Part shown: positions 17,853-26,924 of the stretch, piece after piece
Layout of the letters: each line of letters starts with the position of its first letter
Position numbering within the stretch: the first letter of the stretch is position 1
DNA from: Gemmatimonadota bacterium
Lineage (GTDB): Bacteria > Gemmatimonadota > Gemmatimonadetes > Gemmatimonadales > GWC2-71-9
Assembly (NCBI GenBank): GCA_004357415.1
Contig: SMVY01000029.1
Coordinates: 1-41,460, forward strand
DNA length: 41,460 bases
Direction: 5' to 3'
Program-made: the position numbers and the translations under genes
Notes under the pieces: model-generated
What the model was told of the DNA's origin: nothing
What the model saw: only the letters and a program-made list of their open reading frames with translations
Databases searched by the model: none

Positions 17853-19148
17853 ATGACAGTCGTTCGCATCAAAGATCTGGGCTCCCATTCGCAGCAAACG
17901 GTCGTAGTCCGTGGCTGGGTCGTCACTACCCGGTCGAGCGGCAAGATTGCCTTCCTGGTTCAGCGGGACGGATCCGGTGAGGTCCAGGCCGTTTTCCTCA
18001 AGAAGGACATACCCGAAGAGGTCTGGCAGCGGTTCCAGTCCCTGACCCAGGAGACCTCGGTGGAGGTCACCGGGGTTGTCAGGCCGGACGATCGTGCCCC
18101 CGGCGGCTACGAGCTGACGGCGACCGACCTGACCGTCCTGGGGACCAGCGATGACTACCCCCTCACCCCTAAAGAACATGGGACGACTTTCCTCTTCCAA
18201 AATAGACACCTGTGGCTCAGAAATCGGCGTCAGGTCGCCATCGCCAAGGTGCGCCACGAGGTGATCCAAGCGTTGCGGGACTTCTTTTACGACCACGACT
18301 TCGTGCTGGTGGACACGCCCATCCTGACCGGCGCCATCGGCGAGGAAGCCGGCAATCTGTTTGCCACCGAGTACTTCGATCTGGGCCAGGCGTATCTGGC
18401 TCAGACGGGACAACTCTATGGTGAAGCCGCCGCCGCGGCGCTCGGTAAAATCTATTGCTTCGGGCCTACGTTCCGGGCGGAGAAATCCAAGACCCGCAGG
18501 CACTTGACCGAATTCTGGATGCTCGAGCCCGAGGTGGCGTTCAACGACTCCGACGACAACATGCGGCTGCAGGAGGAGATGGTCACCGCCGTCGTCAAAC
18601 GAGTGCTGGAACGATGCCGGGAACAACTCGACCAACTCGAACGCGACCTCGAGCCGCTGAGGGCCATCGACCTGCCGTTTCCCCGGGTGTCGTACACCGA
18701 GGCCGTCGACCAGCTCCGAGGCCTGGGGTCCGACATCGAATGGGGCCGCGATCTCGGTGGCGACGACGAAACCCTGCTGGCCCAGCAGTATGACCGCCCG
18801 GTGATGGTCTACAACTACCCCAAGGGCATCAAGGCCTTCTACATGAAGGTCAACCCCGATGATCCCCGCACGGTGCTGTGCAACGACATGCTGGCGCCCG
18901 AGGGGTATGGCGAGATCATCGGCGGATCCCAGCGCGAGGACGACTACGACACACTTCTCGCGCGTATCAAGGCCCAGGGCCTCGACCCCGAGTCCTACGG
19001 CTGGTACCTCGACCTGCGCCGTTACGGGACCTTCGTGCATGCCGGCTTCGGCCTGGGGATCGAGCGTTTCGTGGCATGGATCTGCGGGATGCCCCATATC
19101 AGGGAGTCGATCGCCTTCCCCCGGCAGATCCACCGGCTCTACCCGTAG
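17853..19148 (+). CDS. asnS: asparagine--tRNA ligase
   Basis: 431 aa class IIb synthetase. FGPTFRAEKSKTRRHLTEFWMLEPE (motif 2), GGSQRE, GFGLGIERFVAWI (motif 3), C-terminal FPR. Collinear, as far as I recall it, with short Thermus-type AsnRS. An archaeal-type AspRS is the alternative. Confidence 0.85.
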   Translation: MTVVRIKDLGSHSQQTVVVRGWVVTTRSSGKIAFLVQRDGSGEVQAVFLKKDIPEEVWQRFQSLTQETSVEVTGVVRPDDRAPGGYELTATDLTVLGTSDDYPLTPKEHGTTFLFQNRHLWLRNRRQVAIAKVRHEVIQALRDFFYDHDFVLVDTPILTGAIGEEAGNLFATEYFDLGQAYLAQTGQLYGEAAAAALGKIYCFGPTFRAEKSKTRRHLTEFWMLEPEVAFNDSDDNMRLQEEMVTAVVKRVLERCREQLDQLERDLEPLRAIDLPFPRVSYTEAVDQLRGLGSDIEWGRDLGGDDETLLAQQYDRPVMVYNYPKGIKAFYMKVNPDDPRTVLCNDMLAPEGYGEIIGGSQREDDYDTLLARIKAQGLDPESYGWYLDLRRYGTFVHAGFGLGIERFVAWICGMPHIRESIAFPRQIHRLYP

Positions 19149-19909
19149 GGTGGTTCGCCAGCCTTTTCCCGCTCTTTGACCTCGTCCCAAATGGCATCGA
19201 GTTGGTCGAGGCTGGCATCGTGCAGGTCGAGCCCCCTGGTTTGCGCCATCGTTTCCACGGCCTCGAACCGGCGCCGGAACTTGCGGTTGGCGTGATCGAG
19301 AGCGGTCGTCGGTGGCACTCCCGCCTTGCGCGCCAAGTTGACGACCGCGAACAGGAGGTCGCCGACTTCCGCCGTGAGGGCTTGCTGCCGTGAGCCCCCC
19401 TCCAGTTCGGCTGCCACCTCACTGGTTTCTTCCCGGACCTTTTCCAGGGGACCCTCGGCATCGGGCCAGTCGAACCCGATGGCCGCCGCCCGCTCCTGGA
19501 GTCGTTGCGCCATGAGAAGCGGGGACAGCGTCGGCGGCAGCCCGGCAAGCATACCTCCGGTCTGCTCCTTGGCTTTGGATTTCTCCCACGATTCCGGAGG
19601 GCCCAGGTCGAAGAGATGGGGATGGCGCCGGTACATCTTCTGTTCCAGCGTAGTGGCCACGTCGTCGGCGGTGAACTCACCCAGGTCCTCGGCGATGACC
19701 AACTGGAAAGCGATGTTGAGCAGCAGGTCGGCCAGCTCTTCCCGGATGGCGGCGGGGTCGCCCCCGCCGAGGGCATCATCGAGTTCGAGGGTCTCCTCGA
19801 CCAGGTACGGGCGCAGGGTGTCCCTGGTCTGGGCCCGGTCCCAGGGGCAGCGCTCGCGCAGGTCCCGGACCACTGCCACAGCGCGTCCAAGCGCTGAATC
19901 TGTTTGCAT
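19139..19909 (-). CDS. mazG: nucleoside triphosphate pyrophosphohydrolase MazG
   Basis: Motifs RERCPWDRAQT, EETLELDDAL, and a second EVGDLLFAVVNLAR repeat. Strong SD GGAGGAGGAG upstream of the ATG. Confidence 0.92.
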   Translation of the reverse strand: MQTDSALGRAVAVVRDLRERCPWDRAQTRDTLRPYLVEETLELDDALGGGDPAAIREELADLLLNIAFQLVIAEDLGEFTADDVATTLEQKMYRRHPHLFDLGPPESWEKSKAKEQTGGMLAGLPPTLSPLLMAQRLQERAAAIGFDWPDAEGPLEKVREETSEVAAELEGGSRQQALTAEVGDLLFAVVNLARKAGVPPTTALDHANRKFRRRFEAVETMAQTRGLDLHDASLDQLDAIWDEVKEREKAGEPPYG

Positions 19910-19944
19910 TTAGTCTCCTCCTCCGGTATCATACGCGCCGTCTC

Positions 19945-21015
19945 GTGAGCACGTCAACTCCGCCTGCAGACCGGGCTTGGGCCGACATCGATCTGGCCGC
20001 ACTGGCCGCCAATGCGCGGACCGTGGCCGCCGTTTCAGGGGCCCGGTTGCTGCCAATGGTCAAGGCTGACGGGTACGGCCTCGGGGCCGTCCCGGTGGTC
20101 GAGGCGCTCGAGCCGCTCGACCCCTGGGGCTACGGAGTTGCCACGGTGGAAGAAGGCGCCACCCTCCGCTCGGCCGGCATTCGCCGGCCGATTGTGATCT
20201 TCACCCCCATGCAGCGGGACGAGGTCGACCCATGCCGGGCCCACGGCCTGCGGCCGGTCATCGCTGATGTGGATGGCCTAGAGGCCTGGACCAGCGGAAC
20301 CGACCAGCCCTTTCACGTGGAAATCGACACGGGAATGGGGCGGTCCGGGTTCCGCTGGGATGACGCCGAGGCGCTCGAGCGGTTGGGGAACGTGGCGAAA
20401 CGGCCTTCCTTCGAGGGGGTCTTCACCCACTTCCATTCCGGGCACGACCCGGACGCGTGCGGCCGCCAGTGGAGCAGGTTCGAAGCGGTGTTGGGCCGAC
20501 TCCCGCAACGGCCGAGTCTGGTCCATGCCGCCAACAGCGCCGCGGCGATGCAGGGGACGCGGTTTGCCGGTGATCTGGTCCGCCCGGGCATCTTTCTCTA
20601 CGGTGGTGCGGTCCCCGGCCATGTCCCCGAGGTGGTGGTGAAGTTGCGGGCACGAGTGGTGGCGGTGCGCCGGGTCGATGCGGGTGACACGGTGAGCTAC
20701 GACGCTGCCTGGACCGCACCCCAGCCGGTCACGGTGGCAACGCTGGCACTGGGATACGCCGACGGTCTCCCGCGCTCGCTGAGCGGCCGGGGCACTGTGG
20801 AGATAGACGGCCGGATCGTCCCTATCGTGGGGCGAGTGACGATGGACATGACCATGGTAGCCGCGCCCGGCTCGCTCCACCTGGGCGACGTGGCTACCGT
20901 GTTCGGGGGCCTGGTTTCGCTCGACCGTCAGGCAGTTGCAGCTGGAACCATTGCCTACGAACTGTTGACCGGCCTGGGTGACCGCGTGCAACGCCGCTAC
21001 GGGGGGACGACATGA
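19945..21015 (+). CDS. alr: alanine racemase
   Basis: PLP-lysine motif MVKADGYGLG, 356 aa, GTG start. Typical C-terminal YELLTGLGDRVQRRY. Confidence 0.93.
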   Translation: MSTSTPPADRAWADIDLAALAANARTVAAVSGARLLPMVKADGYGLGAVPVVEALEPLDPWGYGVATVEEGATLRSAGIRRPIVIFTPMQRDEVDPCRAHGLRPVIADVDGLEAWTSGTDQPFHVEIDTGMGRSGFRWDDAEALERLGNVAKRPSFEGVFTHFHSGHDPDACGRQWSRFEAVLGRLPQRPSLVHAANSAAAMQGTRFAGDLVRPGIFLYGGAVPGHVPEVVVKLRARVVAVRRVDAGDTVSYDAAWTAPQPVTVATLALGYADGLPRSLSGRGTVEIDGRIVPIVGRVTMDMTMVAAPGSLHLGDVATVFGGLVSLDRQAVAAGTIAYELLTGLGDRVQRRYGGTT

Positions 21016-21290
21016 ATCCGCACTTCGCTTCGATTGTCCTTGGCCTGGCCCACCAGGCCAACACGGCGCTCGAGGGAACGCTCCCTCCCGGTGCGGCCGA
21101 ACACGGTGCAGGCGACGCCCGTCAGGTGGCTCAAACTCTCATCGACACTCTGGGCATGTTGGAGGAGAAGACGAAGGGGAATCTCGAGGCCGACGAAGTC
21201 CAATTGCTGAACGAGACTCTGGTCGCCCTTCGATTTCGCTTCGTCCAGCAGGGCCAGGCCGAAAAGGTTTCCGACGACGGTCAGGCGTGA
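21012..21290 (+). CDS. DUF1844-like small protein
   Basis: 92 aa. FASIVLGLAHQA...LIDTLGMLEEKTKGNLEADEVQLLNETLVALRFRFV matches my recollection of the DUF1844 pattern. ATGA overlap with alr, GTGA overlap with deoB. Confidence 0.65.
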   Translation: MNPHFASIVLGLAHQANTALEGTLPPGAAEHGAGDARQVAQTLIDTLGMLEEKTKGNLEADEVQLLNETLVALRFRFVQQGQAEKVSDDGQA

Positions 21291-22453
21291 GACGGGCCGC
21301 GATCATCGTGCTCGATGGCATGGGAGTGGGGCCGGCGCATGACACGTCGGCCTACGGCGATGCCGGGAGCAATTCGCTGGGCAACGTGGCCCGTGAGGTG
21401 GGGGGCCTGACGTTGCCGAACCTGGAGGCACTGGGCCTGGGGTATTGTGGGGACTTCGTCGGGATCGGGCGTCCGCCGTTGCGCCAGGCGGCAACCGGAC
21501 GATGCCAGCCGGCCAGTGCTGGGAAGGACAGTATCGCGGGGCATTGGGAGATCTGCGGGGTACTCCTCGACCGGCCCTTTCCCACGTTCCCGAGCGGCTT
21601 TCCCAGTGCCCTCCTCGACGAGTTCAGCCGGCGAACGGGCCGCGGTGTCCTGGCCAACGTTGCCGGCTCCGGAACGGCCCTGCTCGACGAGTTTGCTGCG
21701 ACCCATGTGGCCACGGGCGACTGGATCGTCTACACCTCGGCCGACAGCGTATTCCAGGTGGCGGCACACGAAGACATCGTACCGCTGGAGGAGTTGTACC
21801 GGGCGTGTGAGATCGCCCGTGAACTCACCGTGTCGCCGTGGGACGTCGCCCGGGTCATCGCCCGGCCGTTCCACGGTTCGGACGGGAACTGGGTCCGGAC
21901 CTCGGCGCGCAAGGATTTCAGTTTGGCTCCACCGAGCGCCACTTTGCTGGACCGGCTGGAGGAACGTGGCATTCCCCGCGTAGGTGTGGGCAAGGTGGAC
22001 GATCTGTTCGCGGGCCGCGCAATCACCAGCGTGCACACGCCGACCAATGCCGAGGCGTATGCCTTGGTGCGCGAAGGGCTACAGACGATGGACGAGGGTC
22101 TGTTGTTCGCCAATGTGATCGAATTCGATCAGACTTGGGGCCACCGGAACGACGTGACCGGATATGTGCGCGGCTTGGAGGAACTCGATCGGGTGCTGCC
22201 GGATCTGCTGGAACCCGTGAGGGCCGACGACCTCATTATGTTTACCGCGGATCACGGGAATGATCCGACGACGCCGTCGACCGATCATTCCCGCGAAGTG
22301 GTACCGATGCTTGCGTACGGGCCTAAGGTCATTCCGGTAGACGTGGGAGAACGGGTGACCTTTGCCGACATGGGGCAGACGGTCGCCGAGTTTCTCGGAG
22401 TGCCGCCGTTGGAGCACGGAACATCGTTTCTCGGGGAGATCTGGCGTGGATGA
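21287..22453 (+). CDS. deoB: phosphopentomutase
   Basis: Motifs IIVLDGMGVG, TADHGNDPT, about 388 aa. GTG at 21287 overlaps the previous stop. The track start (20978) runs through alr and the DUF1844-like gene. Confidence 0.9.
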   Translation: MRRAAIIVLDGMGVGPAHDTSAYGDAGSNSLGNVAREVGGLTLPNLEALGLGYCGDFVGIGRPPLRQAATGRCQPASAGKDSIAGHWEICGVLLDRPFPTFPSGFPSALLDEFSRRTGRGVLANVAGSGTALLDEFAATHVATGDWIVYTSADSVFQVAAHEDIVPLEELYRACEIARELTVSPWDVARVIARPFHGSDGNWVRTSARKDFSLAPPSATLLDRLEERGIPRVGVGKVDDLFAGRAITSVHTPTNAEAYALVREGLQTMDEGLLFANVIEFDQTWGHRNDVTGYVRGLEELDRVLPDLLEPVRADDLIMFTADHGNDPTTPSTDHSREVVPMLAYGPKVIPVDVGERVTFADMGQTVAEFLGVPPLEHGTSFLGEIWRG

Positions 22454-22850
22454 CCCACTGGTAGCCTTGGCGCGGGAAGCCCAGGCCAAGGCGTATGCAC
22501 CGTACTCGGGGTATCGGGTCGGGGCCGCGTTGGAGGCGGATGACGGCCGGCTGTTCTCCGGGTGCAACGTGGAGAATGCGTCGTACGGCTTGTCCATCTG
22601 TGCCGAACGCGCCGCCGTGGCCGCCGCCGTGAGCCAGGGTGCCACTCGCTACCGGCGCTTGGTGGTGGTGACCGATTCCGATCCGCCGGCGTCTCCGTGC
22701 GGAGCGTGCCGCCAAGTGCTGGCCGAGTTCGGACTCGACCTAGAGATCTTGGCGGTGGGCCCAACGGGCGAGCACTCGTGGCGCCTCGGGGCCCTGTTAC
22801 CCGACGCCTTCGTCAGCGAACGGTTGACGAGTCGGCGGCCGGCCAATTGA
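22446..22850 (+). CDS. cdd: cytidine deaminase (homotetrameric type)
   Basis: Zinc motifs CAERAA and PCGACRQ, about 134 aa. In-frame GTG at 22446 overlaps the deoB end by 8 nt. Confidence 0.9.
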   Translation: MDDPLVALAREAQAKAYAPYSGYRVGAALEADDGRLFSGCNVENASYGLSICAERAAVAAAVSQGATRYRRLVVVTDSDPPASPCGACRQVLAEFGLDLEILAVGPTGEHSWRLGALLPDAFVSERLTSRRPAN

Positions 22851-22860
22851 GGATTTCCAC

Positions 22861-24114
22861 TTGAAGCTCGGACTGATTCGGTGGCCCGTCGGCATCGTGG
22901 TCGCCGTGAGCGCTCTTGCGTGCCAAAAGGAAATTGTGGCGCCGGGAGTGTGCCCCGAAACGTGCCCGGGGGGTAGCCCCAACTTTATCGACACGGTGCT
23001 GACCCCGGTCCTGGACATGGACAGTACCTACGTCGGCTACGTGCAGCCGGGGCAGGGCTTAACCCTGCTCGTGTCCGAAGGCGTACAGCTTTTCAACTCA
23101 CGCGCGGTGGTCAAGTTTCTCCCGGTCAGCGACTCGTTGCTGGTGAACGACACCTTGCGAACGTTCCAGGTGGACTCGGTGGGGGTCCGCATCGGCCTGT
23201 CGGCCAGGGACACCTCGGTCACCAACCTCGATATTCTGCTGTATCGGATACCGTCGGACGTGGATTCGACGGTGACGTTTGGGGATATCGAGCCGTTCCT
23301 GGCCGACAGTACCCTCATCGGCCGCATTGCCGTCGATGATACCATCTTCACCGACGTGTTTCGTCTGGTGGTGACCGACAGCGCCACGCTCGCCCTCTTG
23401 AAGCTGGCGCCGGCCGACAGCGGCGTGATGGCCATCGCCGTGGCGATGTCGGCCGCCCAGCCCTCGGGGATTTCCATCGGCAGCGTCGCCGCCGGGGGAT
23501 CGGGGCCACTGTGGCAGACGTTCGTCACCATCGACAGCATCGCGGACACGACGCTCCAGCAACGGACGATCAGCCGCATCGCGCAGTTCAATACCTTCGT
23601 CACCGAGAACCCGCTCCCGATCAACCTCGATTTCCTGACGGTGGGTGGAGCTCCGTCCGCGCGGTCGTTGCTCCGGTTCGATCTCACGTCGCGGCTCGGG
23701 TCACGGGATTCATCCCAGATCATCCGCGCCACGTTGAAATTGGTACCGACGGCCCCGATACCGGGGATTCCCAATGAAACGGCCACAGTGCGCGTGCGTG
23801 GCGTCCAGAGCGACGTCGGGGCCAAGTCGCCCCGGTGCGGCTTCAATGTCGGAAGCGTGTGTGGCAGCTGGATTGTCAGGGGGTTGATCCAAGCGCCCCT
23901 GGTGGTCGGGTCGAGTGATACGGTGTCGATCGAAGTCGGCGACCTGGTGCGGGGGTGGCAGGGTGAGAGAGGGTCGGCTCGAGCCCTGTTCCTGGATCTC
24001 GACCCCGAAGCCGCCAGCTTCACCCGTCCGGAATTCGGCTCGAGCCGGACCCCGGGATTCACCCCGATCATCGTGCTGACGTACGTTCTCCCCTTCCCGT
24101 TTGACGAGCGGTGA
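22861..24114 (+). CDS. lipoprotein of unknown function
   Basis: TTG start 7 nt after GAGGA. Lipobox SALAC. Two segments (SRAVVKFLPVSD..., ARSLLRFDLTS...IIRATLKLVP) resemble the opening strands of DNRLRE/DUF4270-type beta-sandwich modules (recollection only). Confidence 0.6.
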   Translation: MKLGLIRWPVGIVVAVSALACQKEIVAPGVCPETCPGGSPNFIDTVLTPVLDMDSTYVGYVQPGQGLTLLVSEGVQLFNSRAVVKFLPVSDSLLVNDTLRTFQVDSVGVRIGLSARDTSVTNLDILLYRIPSDVDSTVTFGDIEPFLADSTLIGRIAVDDTIFTDVFRLVVTDSATLALLKLAPADSGVMAIAVAMSAAQPSGISIGSVAAGGSGPLWQTFVTIDSIADTTLQQRTISRIAQFNTFVTENPLPINLDFLTVGGAPSARSLLRFDLTSRLGSRDSSQIIRATLKLVPTAPIPGIPNETATVRVRGVQSDVGAKSPRCGFNVGSVCGSWIVRGLIQAPLVVGSSDTVSIEVGDLVRGWQGERGSARALFLDLDPEAASFTRPEFGSSRTPGFTPIIVLTYVLPFPFDER

Positions 24115-25256
24115 TGATCCTTCGCGTTCTCGTGCTCGGTTCAGTCGTGCTGGGACTGCCCGCGGTTGGGTGGGGCCAGAGTTCGCAGTTCGGTATTCGC
24201 GGCTTGGGACTGCCTGGGCGCCATTTGTCCTCGCGCGCCACCGGGATGGGTGGGTCCATCGGCCTGTTCGATCCTGCCTCCGTTCAGGCAATGGCTCCCC
24301 TGACGAAGCTGGAAGGGCTGACCGTCGGGCTCGAGACGCTGCAGGAGTGGCGCCAGACCGTCAACCCGGGTGGGACGGGTGACGTTCGCAACAACCGATT
24401 CCCCCAGTTTCGAATCGGTGGCCCGATCCGACGGCTGCGCACCTGGCTGGGGGCGTCGGCCAGCACCTACACCAATAGCGACTTCGGTGTGGCGACCATC
24501 GATACCGTCATGATTCGGGGCGCGCCGGTCACGGTGGTCGACACCCTGGTCGGGTTGGGCGGCCTCAACGATCTCGCGTTCGGTGCGGGATACATGCTCA
24601 ACCGCCGATGGGCGGTCGGTGGGGCCATCCACCTCATCACCGGGTCCACCAGGAACCGGATCCGACGCGTGTTCGAGGATTCGTTGTTCCAGTCGTTCAG
24701 GGACTCGACCGAGATTTCGTTCGACGGCGTGGGCTTTTCGCTCAGTTTGATGGGCGATCTGACCCGAACGCTCTCTGTGGCGTTGCTCCTCCGCAGTGAC
24801 GGTAACGCCAACGTCACCGTCGATTCCACCGCCGCGGGACAGATCGACCTCCCCTTCACCATTGGCGCCGGTCTGACGTGGAGGCTGTCCCCGTTGCTGA
24901 CTATCGCGGGGCAGGGAACCTACCAGACGTGGTCAGCCGCCAACAGCGATTTCCTCGAGCGCGGAGGGCTCGGGGCATCCAACAGCTTCCAGGTGGCTTT
25001 TGGTGGAGAGTGGGGCTGGCGAGGGTCACCGACGGCATTGCCCGTCCGGTTCGGGGTGCGCTACGGGACGTTGCCGTTTCCGCTGGTGCCGGGCCCGCAA
25101 CCGACAGAAATCGCCGTGTCACTGGGAACGGGCCTCCGGTTCGGAAGCGGCAAAGCCAGCTTCGACGTGGCCGGCGAGTACGTCAAACGGGACCAGGGGC
25201 CCGACTGGCGTGAAACGTCGTGGCTGCTCACTGCTGGTGTGGAGATCCGGCCGTGA
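24111..25256 (+). CDS. putative outer-membrane beta-barrel protein
   Basis: Signal peptide MMILRVLVLGSVVLGLPAVGWGQ. The N-terminal SRATGMGGS motif is reminiscent of FadL/OmpP1-like barrels. Alternating amphipathic strands throughout. GTGA (or ATG at 24114) coupling to the lipoprotein gene. Confidence 0.6.
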   Translation: MMILRVLVLGSVVLGLPAVGWGQSSQFGIRGLGLPGRHLSSRATGMGGSIGLFDPASVQAMAPLTKLEGLTVGLETLQEWRQTVNPGGTGDVRNNRFPQFRIGGPIRRLRTWLGASASTYTNSDFGVATIDTVMIRGAPVTVVDTLVGLGGLNDLAFGAGYMLNRRWAVGGAIHLITGSTRNRIRRVFEDSLFQSFRDSTEISFDGVGFSLSLMGDLTRTLSVALLLRSDGNANVTVDSTAAGQIDLPFTIGAGLTWRLSPLLTIAGQGTYQTWSAANSDFLERGGLGASNSFQVAFGGEWGWRGSPTALPVRFGVRYGTLPFPLVPGPQPTEIAVSLGTGLRFGSGKASFDVAGEYVKRDQGPDWRETSWLLTAGVEIRP

Positions 25257-25304
25257 CAGGCCCGCACTCGCCGGTACCCTCCCTTCGGCGGTATCTTTAA
25301 AGGT

Positions 25305-26614
<1,310 letters not shown>

Positions 26615-26618
<4 letters not shown>

Positions 26619-26911
26619 CTGGAATCGTTCTCCAAAACATGGTCGAAGAGCACGTCGTCGACGCCTACAGCAGCCTCGCCGGCCACTTTCCGAACTTCTG
26701 CGGCTGCGACACCTGCCGGGCCGACGTGCTGGTGTTCGCCCTGAACCGGCTACCCGCCAGGTACGTCGCTACCACAGAGGGCAAGGCGGTGACCGAATTC
26801 AACCTCGACAAAGATCAGATGCGCGCCACCATCGACGTCACCATGATGGACGGGTTCAAGAAGGTTGCCTCCGCACCTCGCTGCGGGAAGACCAAGCCAC
26901 AACTCCTCTGA
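26615..26911 (+). CDS. ComFB-family (late competence development) protein
   Basis: 98 aa. CGCDTCRADVLVFALNRLPARYV fits the C-x-C-x2-C...ALN.LP..Y ComFB signature. ATGA overlap with miaB. Directly upstream of comEC. Confidence 0.75.
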
Positions 26912-26924
26912 CCGGTGGGCCGGT

